DNA of 64,000 bases from an uncultured Planctomycetaceae bacterium (GCA_963976765.1 CAXBME010000004.1:62001-126000), one strand, 5' to 3'. Shown: positions 10,823 to 27,256, numbered from the stretch's first letter. A program made the numbers and translations. Notes: generated from the sequence alone by a model not told the origin.

Positions 10823-11185
10823 TCAATCAAAGTGCTCGTCGGTCGGATCAAATTTGGGAATCACGATATTGAGGATCTTCATCGTGCCGATCGCTCGATG
10901 ACGAACTCCGGGCGGAATTCGCACACACATCCCCTGCCGCAGCGGAATCATCTCGTCGTCAAGCTGCATCTTCGCATCGAGCCCGCATTCAAGAATGAAA
11001 TAGGTCTCCGTTAATCGTTTGTGGTAATGCAGTTCGGCGTCGGCCTTGATTTCCGTGACGTGAATCGTAGCCGGATAGTCGGCCACTTCCGCAAACGCCC
11101 GTTTGGCAATGCCGCACGGACACGGCGTTCCCGGCAGTTCCTCAAAGTCAACAACCTGCCATCGTGGCTCGATGGTACCGCTCAT
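10823..11185 (-). CDS. cupin domain protein
   Basis: LHYHKRLTETY and IPPGVRHR cupin motifs; CPCG near the N-terminus; start after a GGAG Shine-Dalgarno. Confidence 0.85.
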   Translation of the reverse strand: MSGTIEPRWQVVDFEELPGTPCPCGIAKRAFAEVADYPATIHVTEIKADAELHYHKRLTETYFILECGLDAKMQLDDEMIPLRQGMCVRIPPGVRHRAIGTMKILNIVIPKFDPTDEHFD

Positions 11186-11365
11186 ACTGAGTACTCCGGC
11201 AAAAAGAGAAACGTGGTAATGTCGTCGCCGGACCGGCATCAGACCGCAGGTGAGGTTGGAACCATACTCGCCGGACAATTCTCACCCCATCCCGTACCAC
11301 AGAGTGCCTGCCACACCGTGTTCCGCCGTTGCCAGAAGCAACGACAGATGCGTTGCGTGCTGCGG

Positions 11366-13468
11366 CTACATGTAGTCGGGAAGTTCTGATGCTGGTGAGT
11401 ACCGAAGAGGCTCCATCGTAAAAGATGCTCGGCCCTGGCTTTGGCTGCGTACTGTCGACGAGTAACCGAACATCTTCGCCAGGGGAGCCTCTGCCTCGAT
11501 GACGTGCAGGTCGCCCCTGACCTCAGTCCCCGTCACGATGGCTCGCCGGGAGTTCAGGTCGGACTGAATTGGGCCTGTCGAATCATCAGGGCAGGTAATC
11601 TCCAGCTTCATGATCGGTTCGAGAACTACGGAAACGGCATTCTGCAGGGCCGACTGGAATGCCTCACCGACTGCGGCGTAGATGGCCGTCTCGTTTGTGA
11701 CTCCGGCACGATGTTGAAAATCCGTAATGACCACCTTCAGCTGAGTCATCGCGAATCCCTGGATACCTGTTTGAGCTTCGTCCCTAACCGCACTCATAAG
11801 AACCGCGCGATGAATTGCCGGAAGGTCGCGAAGGTCGATCTCGCTGGCAACGTCGACCCCGATGACATCCGCTGCTGGCGAAAGTCGCAATTTCACCGCA
11901 GCGAAGTTCGGTCCAGTCGATGTTTCTTTATCGAAGGTTCCCTCGACGGAAATCGGCGACGAGATTGTTTCTTTGTAGGTAACTCTCGGCTTGTGGACTC
12001 GGATTTTCAGGTTGAATTCCCGTTCCATACGGTTCTTCAGAACTTCCAGATGCAGTTCTCCCATGCCCGAAATAATCGTCTGCCCTGAATCCTGATCGGT
12101 CGACGCAGCGAATGTTGGGTCCTGAAGCGCCAGACGCCCCAACACCTGCTCAAGCTTGTCTTTGTCGCCGCTGGTTTCCGGTTCAACAGCCATCGAAATG
12201 ACGGTTTCCGGAAACGTAATCTGCTCAAGAATGATCGGTGCCTTGGGGTCGCAAAGAGTATCGCCAGTCACCGAGTCTTTGATTCCGACAACGCCGACTA
12301 TTTCACCAGCCTGAGCAGAATCCTGTTCGATTTTCTCTCGCGAGTCCGCCTGAATGTGCCACAGACGGGTGATGAATTCTTTCTTACCAGTGCGAGGATT
12401 CACCATGCGGGAACCACTTGCAATCGTCCCCGAGTAGACTCGCATAAAGTACAGGTCGTTGTGCTTATCCGCGACGATTTTGAAGATCAGTCCGCAGAAT
12501 GGAGCTTTAGGATCCGGTGCCCTTGCAATTATTTCCGGATCGACTCCAGTTGGTGCTGATGCCGCAACACCGTTCACGGGGGGGCGTTCAAGAGGGCTTG
12601 GCAGAAAGTCAACAACGCCGTCGAGGACCGGTTGGACTCCGACACACTTCAACGCCGTGCCCGCAAAAACGGGCGTCAGCTTTCCCGCGACTGTCGCGCT
12701 ACGAATGGTTTTTCGAAGCTGCTCCGCAGAGAGATCTTCTTCGGCAAAATAGATTTCCATCGCCTCGTCATCGAACTGACATGCAATGTCGATCAGTCCG
12801 ATTCGCAAAGTTTCAACGTCATCGGTCAAGTCTTCCGGGATCTCGACCGCAACCATTTTCCAGTTATCGTCTTCTCCGGAAAACGTGAGCAGCCTCCGGT
12901 TCAGCAGGTCGACCACAGTGCGGTCAGGATCAAGACCCGCCGCACTTCCGAGTGTTGAAAGGGGGATCGTAATCGGCACAAGCTGCCTGTCAGAACCAGT
13001 ACTTTCGCAAAGTCGAGTCTTGATTTCATCAAATGTGCGCTGGTAGTCAGCACCGATCCGGTCGATCTTGTTGATGAAGCAAATTCGCGGAACGTTGTAT
13101 CGATCGGCCTGACGCCAGACCGTTTCACTTTGTGCTTCAACGCCTTCGACCGCGCTGAAAACCACAACCGCACCATCAAGAACCCGTAGCGAACGCTCAA
13201 CTTCCGCTGTGAAATCGACATGCCCCGGAGTGTCAATAATGTTGACCGTTGCCCCGTTCCAGGACGTTGTCACACACGCTGAATAGATGGTAATTCCGCG
13301 TTGGGCTTCTTCGGGATCAAAGTCCGTCGTTGTCGTGCCGTCATCGACCTCGCCCATTCGATGCGACGTGCCGGCGAAATAAAGAATCCGCTCCGTCGTG
13401 GTCGTCTTCCCGGCGTCGATGTGAGCAATGATGCCAATGTTTCGAACGAGTTCCATCTTGCCGGCCAT
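11366..13468 (-). CDS. fusA: elongation factor G (divergent copy in the str position)
   Basis: AHIDAGKTT, RGITI, DTPGHVDF, NKID, SGMGELHLE; 700 aa; follows rpsL-rpsG. Confidence 0.93.
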   Translation of the reverse strand: MAGKMELVRNIGIIAHIDAGKTTTTERILYFAGTSHRMGEVDDGTTTTDFDPEEAQRGITIYSACVTTSWNGATVNIIDTPGHVDFTAEVERSLRVLDGAVVVFSAVEGVEAQSETVWRQADRYNVPRICFINKIDRIGADYQRTFDEIKTRLCESTGSDRQLVPITIPLSTLGSAAGLDPDRTVVDLLNRRLLTFSGEDDNWKMVAVEIPEDLTDDVETLRIGLIDIACQFDDEAMEIYFAEEDLSAEQLRKTIRSATVAGKLTPVFAGTALKCVGVQPVLDGVVDFLPSPLERPPVNGVAASAPTGVDPEIIARAPDPKAPFCGLIFKIVADKHNDLYFMRVYSGTIASGSRMVNPRTGKKEFITRLWHIQADSREKIEQDSAQAGEIVGVVGIKDSVTGDTLCDPKAPIILEQITFPETVISMAVEPETSGDKDKLEQVLGRLALQDPTFAASTDQDSGQTIISGMGELHLEVLKNRMEREFNLKIRVHKPRVTYKETISSPISVEGTFDKETSTGPNFAAVKLRLSPAADVIGVDVASEIDLRDLPAIHRAVLMSAVRDEAQTGIQGFAMTQLKVVITDFQHRAGVTNETAIYAAVGEAFQSALQNAVSVVLEPIMKLEITCPDDSTGPIQSDLNSRRAIVTGTEVRGDLHVIEAEAPLAKMFGYSSTVRSQSQGRASFTMEPLRYSPASELPDYM

Positions 13469-13605
13469 CGTGTTTCTCGCTGAGCAGTTTTGGTTTCGAG
13501 TTAAGTCGCTCAGGCCCTGAAACCTGTAAGCGAAACCTGAGTTAGAAAGCTGACGCTCGCAACGAAAGGCTCACCATCAACCCGCCGGTTCCTTACCTGC
13601 GTACG

Positions 13606-13644
13606 CACAACGAGCCGACGAAGCGCCATTGCTCCGCCGGCTCG
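13606..13644 (-). terminator. stem-loop between rpsG and fusA (possible terminator or processing site)
   Basis: mRNA reads CGAGCCGGCGGAGC-AATGGC-GCTTCGTCGGCTCG (14-bp stem, two G.U pairs) followed by TTGTG. Confidence 0.5.
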
Positions 13645-13667
13645 AGTAAATCCTGCAAGACTCGTCC

Positions 13668-14138
13668 TTACGCGAAGTGCGAGAACGCCTTGTTTGCATC
13701 GGCCATACGATGCACATTGTCTCGCTTGGTAAAGGCTGCACCTTCGCGTCGGTAGGCGGCCATCAGTTCGTCAGCCAGACTGTTTGCTGTCGGGCGTCCC
13801 TTTTTCCCACGGACCGCTTCAAGCATCCAGCGAATCCCAAGCGCCTGACGTCGTCGCGGGCTAACCGGAGTCGGTACCTGGTAAGTGGCACCACCAACGC
13901 GTTTGGATCGAACTTCGATGTGAGGCTTCACGTTCTCCAGCCCGACGGCAAAAACCGTATAAGGCTCCACGTCGGTCATCCGTTTTTCAATGATTTCCAA
14001 GGCATTGTAAAACACCTGAGTCGCGACGCTCTTCTTGCCGTCCAGCATCAGACAGTTGATGAATTTTGTGACGAGCTTCGAATTAAAACGTGGATCCGGC
14101 TCAATGTCACGATGTGTTGGCACATACTCTGCGCCCAT
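13668..14138 (-). CDS. rpsG: 30S ribosomal protein S7
   Basis: [35 protein letters not shown]; start moved to ATG 14138 (156 aa). Confidence 0.97.
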   Translation of the reverse strand: MGAEYVPTHRDIEPDPRFNSKLVTKFINCLMLDGKKSVATQVFYNALEIIEKRMTDVEPYTVFAVGLENVKPHIEVRSKRVGGATYQVPTPVSPRRRQALGIRWMLEAVRGKKGRPTANSLADELMAAYRREGAAFTKRDNVHRMADANKAFSHFA

Positions 14139-14270
14139 TGCTTCGCTCAAGGTACTGTTCCCGAAGTTGGTCGAGAATCTCTTCCCGCAGTTTAAAAAGA
14201 TCAGCCTGCCAATCAGGCTGGGATGTCGTAACAACTCGACGTCAGATAAGGCTTCTCAGCCCGTCGAAGT

Positions 14271-14666
14271 CTACTTTCGCTTCGCCCCGGCGGCACCGCC
14301 ACCTCGCTTTGCACCGTATCGGCTGCGAGCCTGCTTACGTCCATTCACGCCGAGTGTATCAAGCACCCCGCGGATGATTTTATAGCGAACACCAGGAAGG
14401 TCGCGGACACGACCACCACGAACGAGCACGATCGAGTGCTCCTGAAGGTTGTGACCCTCACCAGGAATGTACGCGGTCACTTCCTTGCCATTCGAAAGTC
14501 GAACACGAGCCACTTTACGAAGAGCCGAGTTAGGCTTCTTCGGAGTCACAGTCTTCACCAGAAGACAGACACCTCGTTTCTGCGGGCACTCTTCCAGCAG
14601 AGGGGTCTTGCTCTTGGCTTGTTGTTTCTTGCGAGGCTTCCGGATGAGCTGATTAATCGTTGGCAT
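14271..14666 (-). CDS. rpsL: 30S ribosomal protein S12
   Basis: [35 protein letters not shown]. Confidence 0.99.
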   Translation of the reverse strand: MPTINQLIRKPRKKQQAKSKTPLLEECPQKRGVCLLVKTVTPKKPNSALRKVARVRLSNGKEVTAYIPGEGHNLQEHSIVLVRGGRVRDLPGVRYKIIRGVLDTLGVNGRKQARSRYGAKRGGGAAGAKRK

Positions 14667-14820
14667 TAGAAAGTGAATCCTGAAATCCGTACTGATTGCA
14701 GCCTTCGCCAGACTGCACGTTTACGTGTGAAAATGTGTCTGCCATTGAAACGCGTCCCTGCCCAGCAAGACTTTCCAAGCAGGTGGCAACTTCATCTGTG
14801 TGATCGTGCGACCGCACTAC

Positions 14821-19134
<4,314 letters not shown>

Positions 19135-19245
19135 ACCAGACCTCTTACAGAAAGCTGTTGGGTGTTTGAATCATTAACCTCACTCGACCGCCAGTCAGGA
19201 AAGACTGGCCAGCAGCACGCACGAGAGCTGCCGCACGCTGCCTCG

Positions 19246-22200
19246 TCAGACAGCGTTCTTTTCGAGCGTGAGGTTCAGAGCCAGACCGCGGATTTCATTC
19301 GTCAGCACGTCGAAGCTGGCCGGGGTACCTGCCTCAAGCGTGTTTTCACCTTTGACCATCGATTCGTAGATTTTGGTTCGGCCTTCCACATCGTCACTCT
19401 TCACCGTGAGGAGTTCCTGCAGAATGTAGGCTGCCCCATAGGCCTCAAGGGCCCAGACTTCCATTTCTCCGAACCGCTGGCCACCAAAGCGAGCTTTACC
19501 ACCAAGTGGCTGCTGGGTGATCAACGAGTAAGGACCGGTGGCTCGTGCATGAATCTTGTCGTCGACAAGATGGTGAAGCTTGAGCATGTAGATGTACCCA
19601 ACAGTCACCTTCTGTTCGAGCTTCTCACCAGTTCGGCCATCATGCAGAACTGCCTTGCCGTCTTCTGGAAGCCCGGCTTCTTTCAGCAGAGAATTGATGA
19701 GCGACTCTTCAGGGCCATCGAATACCGGGCAGTAGCAACGAAACCCAAGTTTGGCAGCCGCCCAGCCGAGATGAGTCTCAAGAATCTGCCCAACATTCAT
19801 ACGACTCGGAACGCCCAGTGGATTCAGCAGGATATCGAGCGGCGTTCCGTCTTCGAGATACGGCATATCTTCGATCGGCAGAACTTTTGAGATAACCCCT
19901 TTGTTTCCATGCCGTCCAGCCATCTTGTCACCGACAGAGATTTGCCGTTTGGACGCAACATAGACTTTGATCATCTGCAGAACGCCGTTCTGCAACTCAT
20001 CGCCACGCTTCAAACTGTTAACGGCGTGATCCCGAGTGTCGATGGCTTCTTCAACGGTGCCGAATGAGTCCTTTATGACTTTCCGACACTCGGACAACTT
20101 CTGCGGACTCCGCAACTCAAGCTTGTCAAACCAGCTCATAAACTGAGAAGCGAAGGCGGCGATCTGATTGTTGTCCGTACTTTTCGCAATCGCGACGTCA
20201 TCGTCATTCTTGACGGTGTCGCCAAGTGCCTTCTCAAAATCCTTGAGAAACACCTGAAACGCAGTTGCAACGGCTTCGTTTCCAGTTTTTTCCGTTTCCG
20301 CAACCTGATCGTCGAGCTGCTTCTTCTCCGACTCAGACAGGCTCATCTTGCGGGAAAACTTCTCAGTGTGGATAACGATCCCTTCGACACCGCTCGGCAC
20401 TTCAAGAGACTCGTTTTTAACGTCTTCGCCAGCACGACCAAAGATCGCGTGCAAGAGTTTCTCTTCAGGCGTCAGCTCAGATTTCGCTTTCGGTGAAACC
20501 TTTCCGACAAGGATGTCACCAGGAGAAACTCGTGTCCCAATACACACAATCCCGCTCTCATCGAGATTACGAAGGGCCTTCTCACTGACGTTAGGAATGT
20601 CGCGTGTGAACTCTTCACGTCCCAGCTTGGTCTCGCGAATCTCAACGTCGAACTCATCGATATGAATTGACGTGTAAACGTCTTCCTTGACGAGACGCTC
20701 TGAAAGAATAATCGCGTCCTCGAAGTTGTAGCCGTTCCACGACATAAACCCGACGAGCACGTTTCGCCCCAGTGCCAGCTCACCATCATGAGTTGCGGCA
20801 CTGTCAACCAGCAACTGCCCTTTCTTTACCTTATCGCCAATACTGACGATCGGTTTCTGGTTAAGCGACGTTCTCTCGTTAAGCCCAGTGAACTTCCGAA
20901 GCGGATATCGCTTCCCGTCAACCTCAACGACGGTGCCGTCAACATAGGTAACTTTCCCAGCCTTTTCGGCCTGAATCAACATCCCGGAGTGCCGCGCAAC
21001 AACCGGCTCCATGCCAGTCCCAATGACCGGCTTCTCCGCGATCAACAACGGCACCGCCTGCCGCTGCATGTTCGACCCCATCAGTGCCCGGTTCGCATCA
21101 TCATGCTCAAGGAACGGAATCAGGCACGCCGAAACTCCGACCATCTGAGCTGGTGAGACATCGATATACTCAGCCTGTGAAATATCGACCCACTTCACAT
21201 CATTCCGATGCCGAGCAAGAACTCGATCCCCTACGAGCTTTCCACCCTCCACCGGTGAGTCAGCAGGGATTACGTAGTGCTCCGACTCCTCGTCGGCACG
21301 CAGATAGTCAAGTTCGTCACTCAGCTTACCGTTGACAATCTTTCGGTATGGCGTAATCAGGAAGCCGTAGTCATCGACCTGAGCAAAAATCCCCAGACTG
21401 GAAATCAAACCAATGTTCGTACCTTCCGGCGTCTCAATCGGACAGATCCGACCGTAGTGCGAAATGTGCACGTCTCGAACTTCAAAGCCCGCGCGCTTCC
21501 GGTTAAGGCCGCCCGGCCCCAATGCACTAAGCCGCCGTTCATGCGTAAGCATCGATAGCGGATTCGTCTGGTCAACAACCTGAGACAGCTCGCTGCGGCC
21601 AAAAAAGTATTCAATCGCCGCTGAAACACTCTTAGGATTCACAAGAGTTCGCGGAGTCATCTCCTCGACGTCTTTGAGACTCATCCGCTCCTGAACTGTT
21701 CGCCGCAATTTCAAGAAGCCCTTACGAATTTCGTCCGCAGCCAGCTCATCGATCGTCCGGAGCCGGCGGTTCCCAAGGTTGTCGATATCATCGACGTACG
21801 CGGTCGGATCGTTAGTGCGCAGGCGGATCATATAACGCACTGCGTTGACATAATCTTCAGACGCCAGTGTCATCTCGTCTTCAGAAACATCCTGTTGAAA
21901 TTTCCGATTGATACGGAACCGCCCAACAGTCCCAAGTCGATAACGATTCAAATCAAAGAACCGATCCCGAAACAGGTCGATCGCCTTGTCGAGCGCTGGA
22001 GGATTACCAGGACGCAGCCGCTGATAAATTCGCAGCAGAGCTTCTTCATGGCTCGATGTAACATCTTCACGAATTGTATTCAGGATCAACTGATCTTTGA
22101 CTTCATCGATAACCGTGACCGTCTTGATCCTGGCATCCTTAATCTTGACGAGGTGTTCGGCAGTCAACACTTCACCAAACTCAATAATGATCTCGCCGCA

Positions 22201-22947
22201 CTGCTCGTGACCACCCGGATAGATCACATCGTCAGCGACAGTTTTCTTTTCAAGTTTATCACTGACTTTCTGCTCGCTGACATCATAGAACAATTTCGCC
22301 AGCTGAGTATTCGACGAGAACTCCTGCCCCATTGCTCGCAGCAATGTCGTAGCCGCAAATTTCCCACTCTGGTCAATCCGAACAGCCAAACCATCTTTCT
22401 TCGTCGGATTAAGCTCAATCCAGCTCCCACGTTCTGGAATAACCCGGCAAGAGTAGGCTTTTCGCTCGCCCGGCTCTGAAGCCAGAACGAAATCGACACC
22501 TGGAGATCGATGCAGCTGACTAACAACCACACGCTCAGCACCATTAATAATGAACTCACCACCGCCGAGCATGATCGGCATGTCACCAAGATAGACCTCT
22601 TCCTCAATTGGCTGCTCCTTGTTCAACCGGAGCAGCACCCGAAACGGCCGACCGTACGTCAACCGAAGCTGCCGGCACTCGATCGGGGTATACCGTGGCT
22701 TCCCGAGTTCATACCGAACGTACTCCAAAGAATACTGCCCGTCGTAACTTTCGATCGGAAAGATTTCCCGCAAAATCGACTCAAGGCCAACACTCGTGCG
22801 TTCGCGCGACGGAAGATCCTTTTGCAGAAACCGATCGTACGAATCGTTCTGCAGTTGGGTCAGCGTTTCAATTGGCTGCGAGCACTCAAGCGACCCCATT
22901 ACCCGGACATCGTCAGCTACAACAGTTCGCTTCGAAGGAATCGGCAT
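19246..22947 (-). CDS. rpoB: RNA polymerase beta subunit
   Basis: [40 protein letters not shown]. Confidence 0.99.
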   Translation of the reverse strand: MPIPSKRTVVADDVRVMGSLECSQPIETLTQLQNDSYDRFLQKDLPSRERTSVGLESILREIFPIESYDGQYSLEYVRYELGKPRYTPIECRQLRLTYGRPFRVLLRLNKEQPIEEEVYLGDMPIMLGGGEFIINGAERVVVSQLHRSPGVDFVLASEPGERKAYSCRVIPERGSWIELNPTKKDGLAVRIDQSGKFAATTLLRAMGQEFSSNTQLAKLFYDVSEQKVSDKLEKKTVADDVIYPGGHEQCGEIIIEFGEVLTAEHLVKIKDARIKTVTVIDEVKDQLILNTIREDVTSSHEEALLRIYQRLRPGNPPALDKAIDLFRDRFFDLNRYRLGTVGRFRINRKFQQDVSEDEMTLASEDYVNAVRYMIRLRTNDPTAYVDDIDNLGNRRLRTIDELAADEIRKGFLKLRRTVQERMSLKDVEEMTPRTLVNPKSVSAAIEYFFGRSELSQVVDQTNPLSMLTHERRLSALGPGGLNRKRAGFEVRDVHISHYGRICPIETPEGTNIGLISSLGIFAQVDDYGFLITPYRKIVNGKLSDELDYLRADEESEHYVIPADSPVEGGKLVGDRVLARHRNDVKWVDISQAEYIDVSPAQMVGVSACLIPFLEHDDANRALMGSNMQRQAVPLLIAEKPVIGTGMEPVVARHSGMLIQAEKAGKVTYVDGTVVEVDGKRYPLRKFTGLNERTSLNQKPIVSIGDKVKKGQLLVDSAATHDGELALGRNVLVGFMSWNGYNFEDAIILSERLVKEDVYTSIHIDEFDVEIRETKLGREEFTRDIPNVSEKALRNLDESGIVCIGTRVSPGDILVGKVSPKAKSELTPEEKLLHAIFGRAGEDVKNESLEVPSGVEGIVIHTEKFSRKMSLSESEKKQLDDQVAETEKTGNEAVATAFQVFLKDFEKALGDTVKNDDDVAIAKSTDNNQIAAFASQFMSWFDKLELRSPQKLSECRKVIKDSFGTVEEAIDTRDHAVNSLKRGDELQNGVLQMIKVYVASKRQISVGDKMAGRHGNKGVISKVLPIEDMPYLEDGTPLDILLNPLGVPSRMNVGQILETHLGWAAAKLGFRCYCPVFDGPEESLINSLLKEAGLPEDGKAVLHDGRTGEKLEQKVTVGYIYMLKLHHLVDDKIHARATGPYSLITQQPLGGKARFGGQRFGEMEVWALEAYGAAYILQELLTVKSDDVEGRTKIYESMVKGENTLEAGTPASFDVLTNEIRGLALNLTLEKNAV

Positions 22948-23420
22948 ATGTCAACTATCCGTCAGATGAAAGGATGAGGTCACAATCCATTGCAGGTCGG
23001 AAGCAGCACCTGCAGCCTGGCTGAAGACTCCGAGCCTGCAAGCCGTGTCGCCCCAAACGGCAAAGGCAAAAACAGCTCGAAGTGGCGTCACCGTATGAAG
23101 ATCCAAAAGCACGACACAACAACGGGACACAACGTCTTTCAGATCGGAAGCTAGAGCCAGATGGCACTTAAGCACGGCGGGAATCCGTTCGTAGCTGGAT
23201 ACTGAATGACAGCCATGACGTGAGCATTTCGCAGTTGAAAGCTCATCGTAATCAAGTTTGGGGGCCGATTATGCGCCATCGGAACAGAATCTGCACCCCA
23301 ACAGGCCTAAATTAATGACCCGCACGATAAAACTCGCCAAATACACAGAAATTCAAGGCTTTCAAGGCACCGGATGACTGGCAAACCAACTGCAACAATC
23401 CGCGCCACCACCAGAGCACC

Positions 23421-23467
23421 AATAAGTGCAGACCATGACGCGATCTCACACGCGTCGTGGTCTGCAC
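23421..23467 (-). terminator. long hairpin downstream of rplL (putative terminator or attenuator before rpoB)
   Basis: Plus strand reads GTGCAGACCATGACGCG-N8-CGCGTCGTGGTCTGCAC (17-bp stem, one mismatch); followed by TTATT on the minus strand. Confidence 0.55.
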
Positions 23468-23599
23468 GGAAATTCTGGCAGTAGTCCGAAGCCTGAAAAT
23501 CAGAAAGGCATACCAAGCCGCCTGACAATTCAACGAGCACCAACAAAAGGTGACCATCTTCAGTCAAAAATCGGCTGACTCATTAAAGCAGAGACAAGC

Positions 23600-24007
23600 T
23601 TACTTGATTTCGACACTACCGCCGGCGCCTTCAATCTCTTCCTTCAGCTTATCAGCATCTTCCTTCGAGACACCTTCTTTGACCGCTTTTGGAGCACCTT
23701 CAACAACTTCCTTGGCTTCTTTCAAGCCAAGTCCAGTCGCCGCCCGAACAACCTTAATCACAGCGATCTTGTTGTCACCAAAGCCTGTCAGAATAACGTC
23801 AAACTCAGTCTTCTCCTCAGCCGGGGCAGCTGCTTCAGCACCAGCAGGACCAGCCATCATGACGCCGCCACCTGCAGGTTTAATGCCGTGAACCTGCTCA
23901 AGGTAGTCAGCCAACGACTTGGCTTCGAGGAGAGTCAATGCGACAATCTTGTCGCCCAGTTCTTTTGTGCCTTCACTGAATTCGGCCACAGCTGCTTCTT
24001 CGGACAT
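23600..24007 (-). CDS. rplL: 50S ribosomal protein L7/L12
   Basis: [27 protein letters not shown]. Confidence 0.99.
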   Translation of the reverse strand: MSEEAAVAEFSEGTKELGDKIVALTLLEAKSLADYLEQVHGIKPAGGGVMMAGPAGAEAAAPAEEKTEFDVILTGFGDNKIAVIKVVRAATGLGLKEAKEVVEGAPKAVKEGVSKEDADKLKEEIEGAGGSVEIK

Positions 24008-24240
24008 TACTCTAAACTCCAGAAAACGAAAACTTGTGTTTCGAACATCCGACCTGCAGCCGGCACCACCGTAGTGGAAACGGGAGTCTTCTCCCAGCTA
24101 ACAGACGGTCTTCAACAAACCTGCTAAGAACCAGACTCCAGCCTCAGCAAGAAAAAATACAGAAACGGCACCTCGCCGCAGACTCGAAAACTGAACGCCA
24201 ACAGCCGCCAGCATCACAAAAGCAGTCACACAAATCGCAA

Positions 24241-24756
24241 CTACTCTTCTCTTTCGCTGTGACTCTTCACCTGCCCAGCAATAGTCCCACCGGGACCGAG
24301 AAGTGCTCCGCAGATATTTCCACCAGGACTTAGAATCAGACCAGCAATCTTGGAAAGAAGCTCCGGACGCCCTGGGCTCTTGCTCAACCGATCAACACCA
24401 TCAGCATCCAGAGTTTGACCTTCGACAGCCGCCCCCTTAATTTCAAACTCAGAGAGCTCTTTTGCCCATGCCGTAATCTGCTTTGAAAGGGCGACAACAT
24501 CTTCGCCCCCCCACACCAATGTCGACGGTCCTTCAAGGATCGGCGACAAGGCTTCCAGACCAACGCGACCAGCGGCCAGCCGAGCCAGCGAATTCTTCAC
24601 TCCGAGCGTCTCAATATTATTCTGACCAAGCTCAACCCGAAGTCGGTTTGCATCCGTCCCGGTTAACTTAGACATATCCACTACCAGAACCTCTCCACGA
24701 CCACGCAACTGATCTTCGAGTTCATTGATAATGTGTTCTTTGATGAACTTGCTCAT
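24241..24756 (-). CDS. rplJ: 50S ribosomal protein L10
   Basis: VKNSLARLA, LEGPST, position between rplA and rplL; start MSKFIKE. Confidence 0.95.
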   Translation of the reverse strand: MSKFIKEHIINELEDQLRGRGEVLVVDMSKLTGTDANRLRVELGQNNIETLGVKNSLARLAAGRVGLEALSPILEGPSTLVWGGEDVVALSKQITAWAKELSEFEIKGAAVEGQTLDADGVDRLSKSPGRPELLSKIAGLILSPGGNICGALLGPGGTIAGQVKSHSEREE

Positions 24757-24844
24757 CGGATTATCCCACCACATTGCCGTAAGGAGCTTAAGCCAGCGTC
24801 ATCGACCTGAAGCCGTTGAGTCAGCCGGCAACTCGGAATTCAAA

Positions 24845-25549
24845 TTAAACCGTTACTGAGATACCCGGCAGCATCGTCGCCGAAAGAGACGCCCCTCGGA
24901 CATAAATGCCCTTCGATGTCGTTGGCTTCAAAGAAACGATAAGGTCAAGCAAAGCGGCGACATTTTCCGTCAACTGCTCTTCAGTAAAGGAAAGCTTACC
25001 GACAACGCAATGAACGTTGGAGCCTGCATCAACCCGAAACTCAACCTTGCCTGCCTTGTACTCTTTAACAGCCTTGGCAACATCCTGCGTGACAGTACCC
25101 GCTTTCGGCGACGGCATCAGACCTCGAGGCCCAAGCACCCGTCCAAGAGGACCAACAACGCCCATCATATCCGGACTGGCGATCGTGACATCAAAGTCGA
25201 GCCAGCCACCCTTAATTTTGTCAGCAAGCTCCTTGCCACCAACCTCGTCGGCCCCGGCATCCTGAGCAGCTGCAACATTGTCGCCCTGTGCAAAAACGAC
25301 AACACGCTGCGTCTTACCAATCCCGTGCGGAAGGACGATCGAACCACGAACCAGCTGATCCGCCTGCTTCGGGTCAACCCCGAGCCGAACAGCGAACTCT
25401 GCGCTTTGATCAAAGCGACAGGCCTTGACACCTTTGGGCAACTTCCCCTCAAGCGACTTAAGCTCGCGAACCGCATCCTGCAGCGAAACAGAGCCGACAC
25501 TTTGCGCATATTCGCGCAGAAATTTCATGCGTTTTGATTGCTTTGCCAT
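24845..25549 (-). CDS. rplA: 50S ribosomal protein L1
   Basis: [33 protein letters not shown]. Confidence 0.99.
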   Translation of the reverse strand: MAKQSKRMKFLREYAQSVGSVSLQDAVRELKSLEGKLPKGVKACRFDQSAEFAVRLGVDPKQADQLVRGSIVLPHGIGKTQRVVVFAQGDNVAAAQDAGADEVGGKELADKIKGGWLDFDVTIASPDMMGVVGPLGRVLGPRGLMPSPKAGTVTQDVAKAVKEYKAGKVEFRVDAGSNVHCVVGKLSFTEEQLTENVAALLDLIVSLKPTTSKGIYVRGASLSATMLPGISVTV

Positions 25550-25682
25550 GAGTTCCCTCTAAACGACTGCCACAACCGACAGTCTGCCATCGTAATTTTA
25601 AAACCGACCCAACCGAGAACGACTGTTGATGGTCAAACAGCACATCCCCTGCGACACCGACCAAGACCGACCCAAGCAAGAC

Positions 25683-26108
25683 TCAACCTGTAACCTCAAC
25701 ACCCATACTACGAGCAGTACCCTCGATAATCCGACACGCCTGTGCCTCATCCTTAGTATTCAGGTCGTCCTTTTTAATCCGAACGATCTCAAGAATCTGC
25801 CCTCTGGTCACCGACCCGACACGATCAGTGCGAGCATTCGAAGCCCCTTTTGCAACCTGAGCATACTGCTTTAACAACACAGCAGCAGGCGGACTCCGAA
25901 CATCAAACTCAAATGACCTGTCATTGTAAACCGTGATCACCACCGGAACGATCGTCCCATTCAGATCACGAGTTCTCTCATTAAACCCCTGAACGAACTG
26001 CCCAATATTAACACCATGAGGCCCCAAAGCGGTACCAACCGGAGGAGCCGGCGTAGCCTTACCACCTGGAATCTGAACCTTAATCTGAGCTGTAACCTGT
26101 TTCGCCAT
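25683..26108 (-). CDS. rplK: 50S ribosomal protein L11
   Basis: ATPAPPVGTALG, IEGTARSMG; start MAKQV. Confidence 0.99.
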   Translation of the reverse strand: MAKQVTAQIKVQIPGGKATPAPPVGTALGPHGVNIGQFVQGFNERTRDLNGTIVPVVITVYNDRSFEFDVRSPPAAVLLKQYAQVAKGASNARTDRVGSVTRGQILEIVRIKKDDLNTKDEAQACRIIEGTARSMGVEVTG

Positions 26109-26176
26109 CGTCGTATCCCTGCACCGCAAATTGCGGGCTACCTATCAAATTCGCATGCGACCAGAGACCGCCCAAA

Positions 26177-26746
26177 CTATGGACGCTCCACCTCGTGATA
26201 CTCAAGCTCGACAGGAGTCGGACGACCAAAAATCTCAATCAATACTGAAATTTTCCCAGTCGCCTCATCAATCGAGTCAATTTCACCTTCAAAAGTCTCA
26301 AACGGCCCAGTCGTAATTTTGACAACGTCACCAGGTCGAAACTCAATTTTAACCTTTGTTGGTTCTTCTTCCTTCTGCTGCTCAAGCCCAAGCATTCGCT
26401 CGACCTCAGTCTCATCCATCGGGTGAGGCTTCCCAGCCGCCCCAGTGAAGTCTCCAACACCAGAAGTATCTCTCACCAGATACCAGGTTTCATCATTCAG
26501 CACCATCTGAATCATGACATAACCCGGGTAAAGCTTCTGCTCTCTAACCTTCTTTTTGCCGCCCTTTGTCTCAACAACTCGCTCAGTCGGAATAATAATC
26601 TGCCCGAAATAATCGCCTAGGCCTTCACGAGCAATGCGACGCTCAAGCGACTTACGAATCGAATTCTCTCGATTTGTCTGCACCTTCAGCACATACCAAA
26701 TCAATTCCGGCTCGGCTTCTACATTTTGAACTTCGCTTGGCTCCAC
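26177..26746 (-). CDS. nusG: transcription termination/antitermination factor NusG
   Basis: WYVLKV, LYPGYV, KOW motif ([16 protein letters not shown]), [13 protein letters not shown] start after AGGAGG. Confidence 0.97.
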   Translation of the reverse strand: MEPSEVQNVEAEPELIWYVLKVQTNRENSIRKSLERRIAREGLGDYFGQIIIPTERVVETKGGKKKVREQKLYPGYVMIQMVLNDETWYLVRDTSGVGDFTGAAGKPHPMDETEVERMLGLEQQKEEEPTKVKIEFRPGDVVKITTGPFETFEGEIDSIDEATGKISVLIEIFGRPTPVELEYHEVERP

Positions 26747-26821
26747 AAACCTGGCCTCCTGCGAAAACACCGAATCCAAACAGTCGCCCACACAGACAAC
26801 CCAACCCCTCAGGCAGGCCAC

Positions 26822-27256
26822 CTAATCGACAAACTGAAGAAAGCCGACGAGTGAAAAAACGTACTGCCAGATAACATCAAAGAGAAAGAGCATCCCCCCC
26901 ATCAACAACATCGTCACAATAACGACTACCGACGCACGCTGCACATGCTGACGATCAGGCCAGTGAACCTTTTCAACTTCCGTCTCAGTAGCAATCAAAA
27001 ATTCTGCAAACTTCTCATGATGAATCACTCGAAACGCAAGCCAGCAGCCAACCAAAGCAACGACACCCGGAACACCATACTTAACCGCAGCAGTCGCCTC
27101 AGTCGCAAAAGTCACCTGAAACGACCAAGCACCAAGAACAGCAATTGCCGCAATCGCCACCCCCGTAAGACGCCGAGCCAACCGCCCCTGACTGCGCTTA
27201 TACAGCCCGACACTCGCCAACTCAGACCAGAATGTGCCGCCACTGTTCTGCGCCAC
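26822..27256 (-). CDS. secE: preprotein translocase subunit SecE (three-TM form)
   Basis: FLIATETEVEKVHWP motif, three hydrophobic segments, between tRNA-Trp and nusG; GTG start inferred. Confidence 0.92.
   Translation of the reverse strand: MAQNSGGTFWSELASVGLYKRSQGRLARRLTGVAIAAIAVLGAWSFQVTFATEATAAVKYGVPGVVALVGCWLAFRVIHHEKFAEFLIATETEVEKVHWPDRQHVQRASVVVIVTMLLMGGMLFLFDVIWQYVFSLVGFLQFVD

Noticed and set aside
24757..24844. Possible L10-leader autoregulatory RNA (TTGCCG/CGGCAA stem) before rplJ
   Set aside because: Position fits, but the kink-turn consensus could not be confirmed by eye
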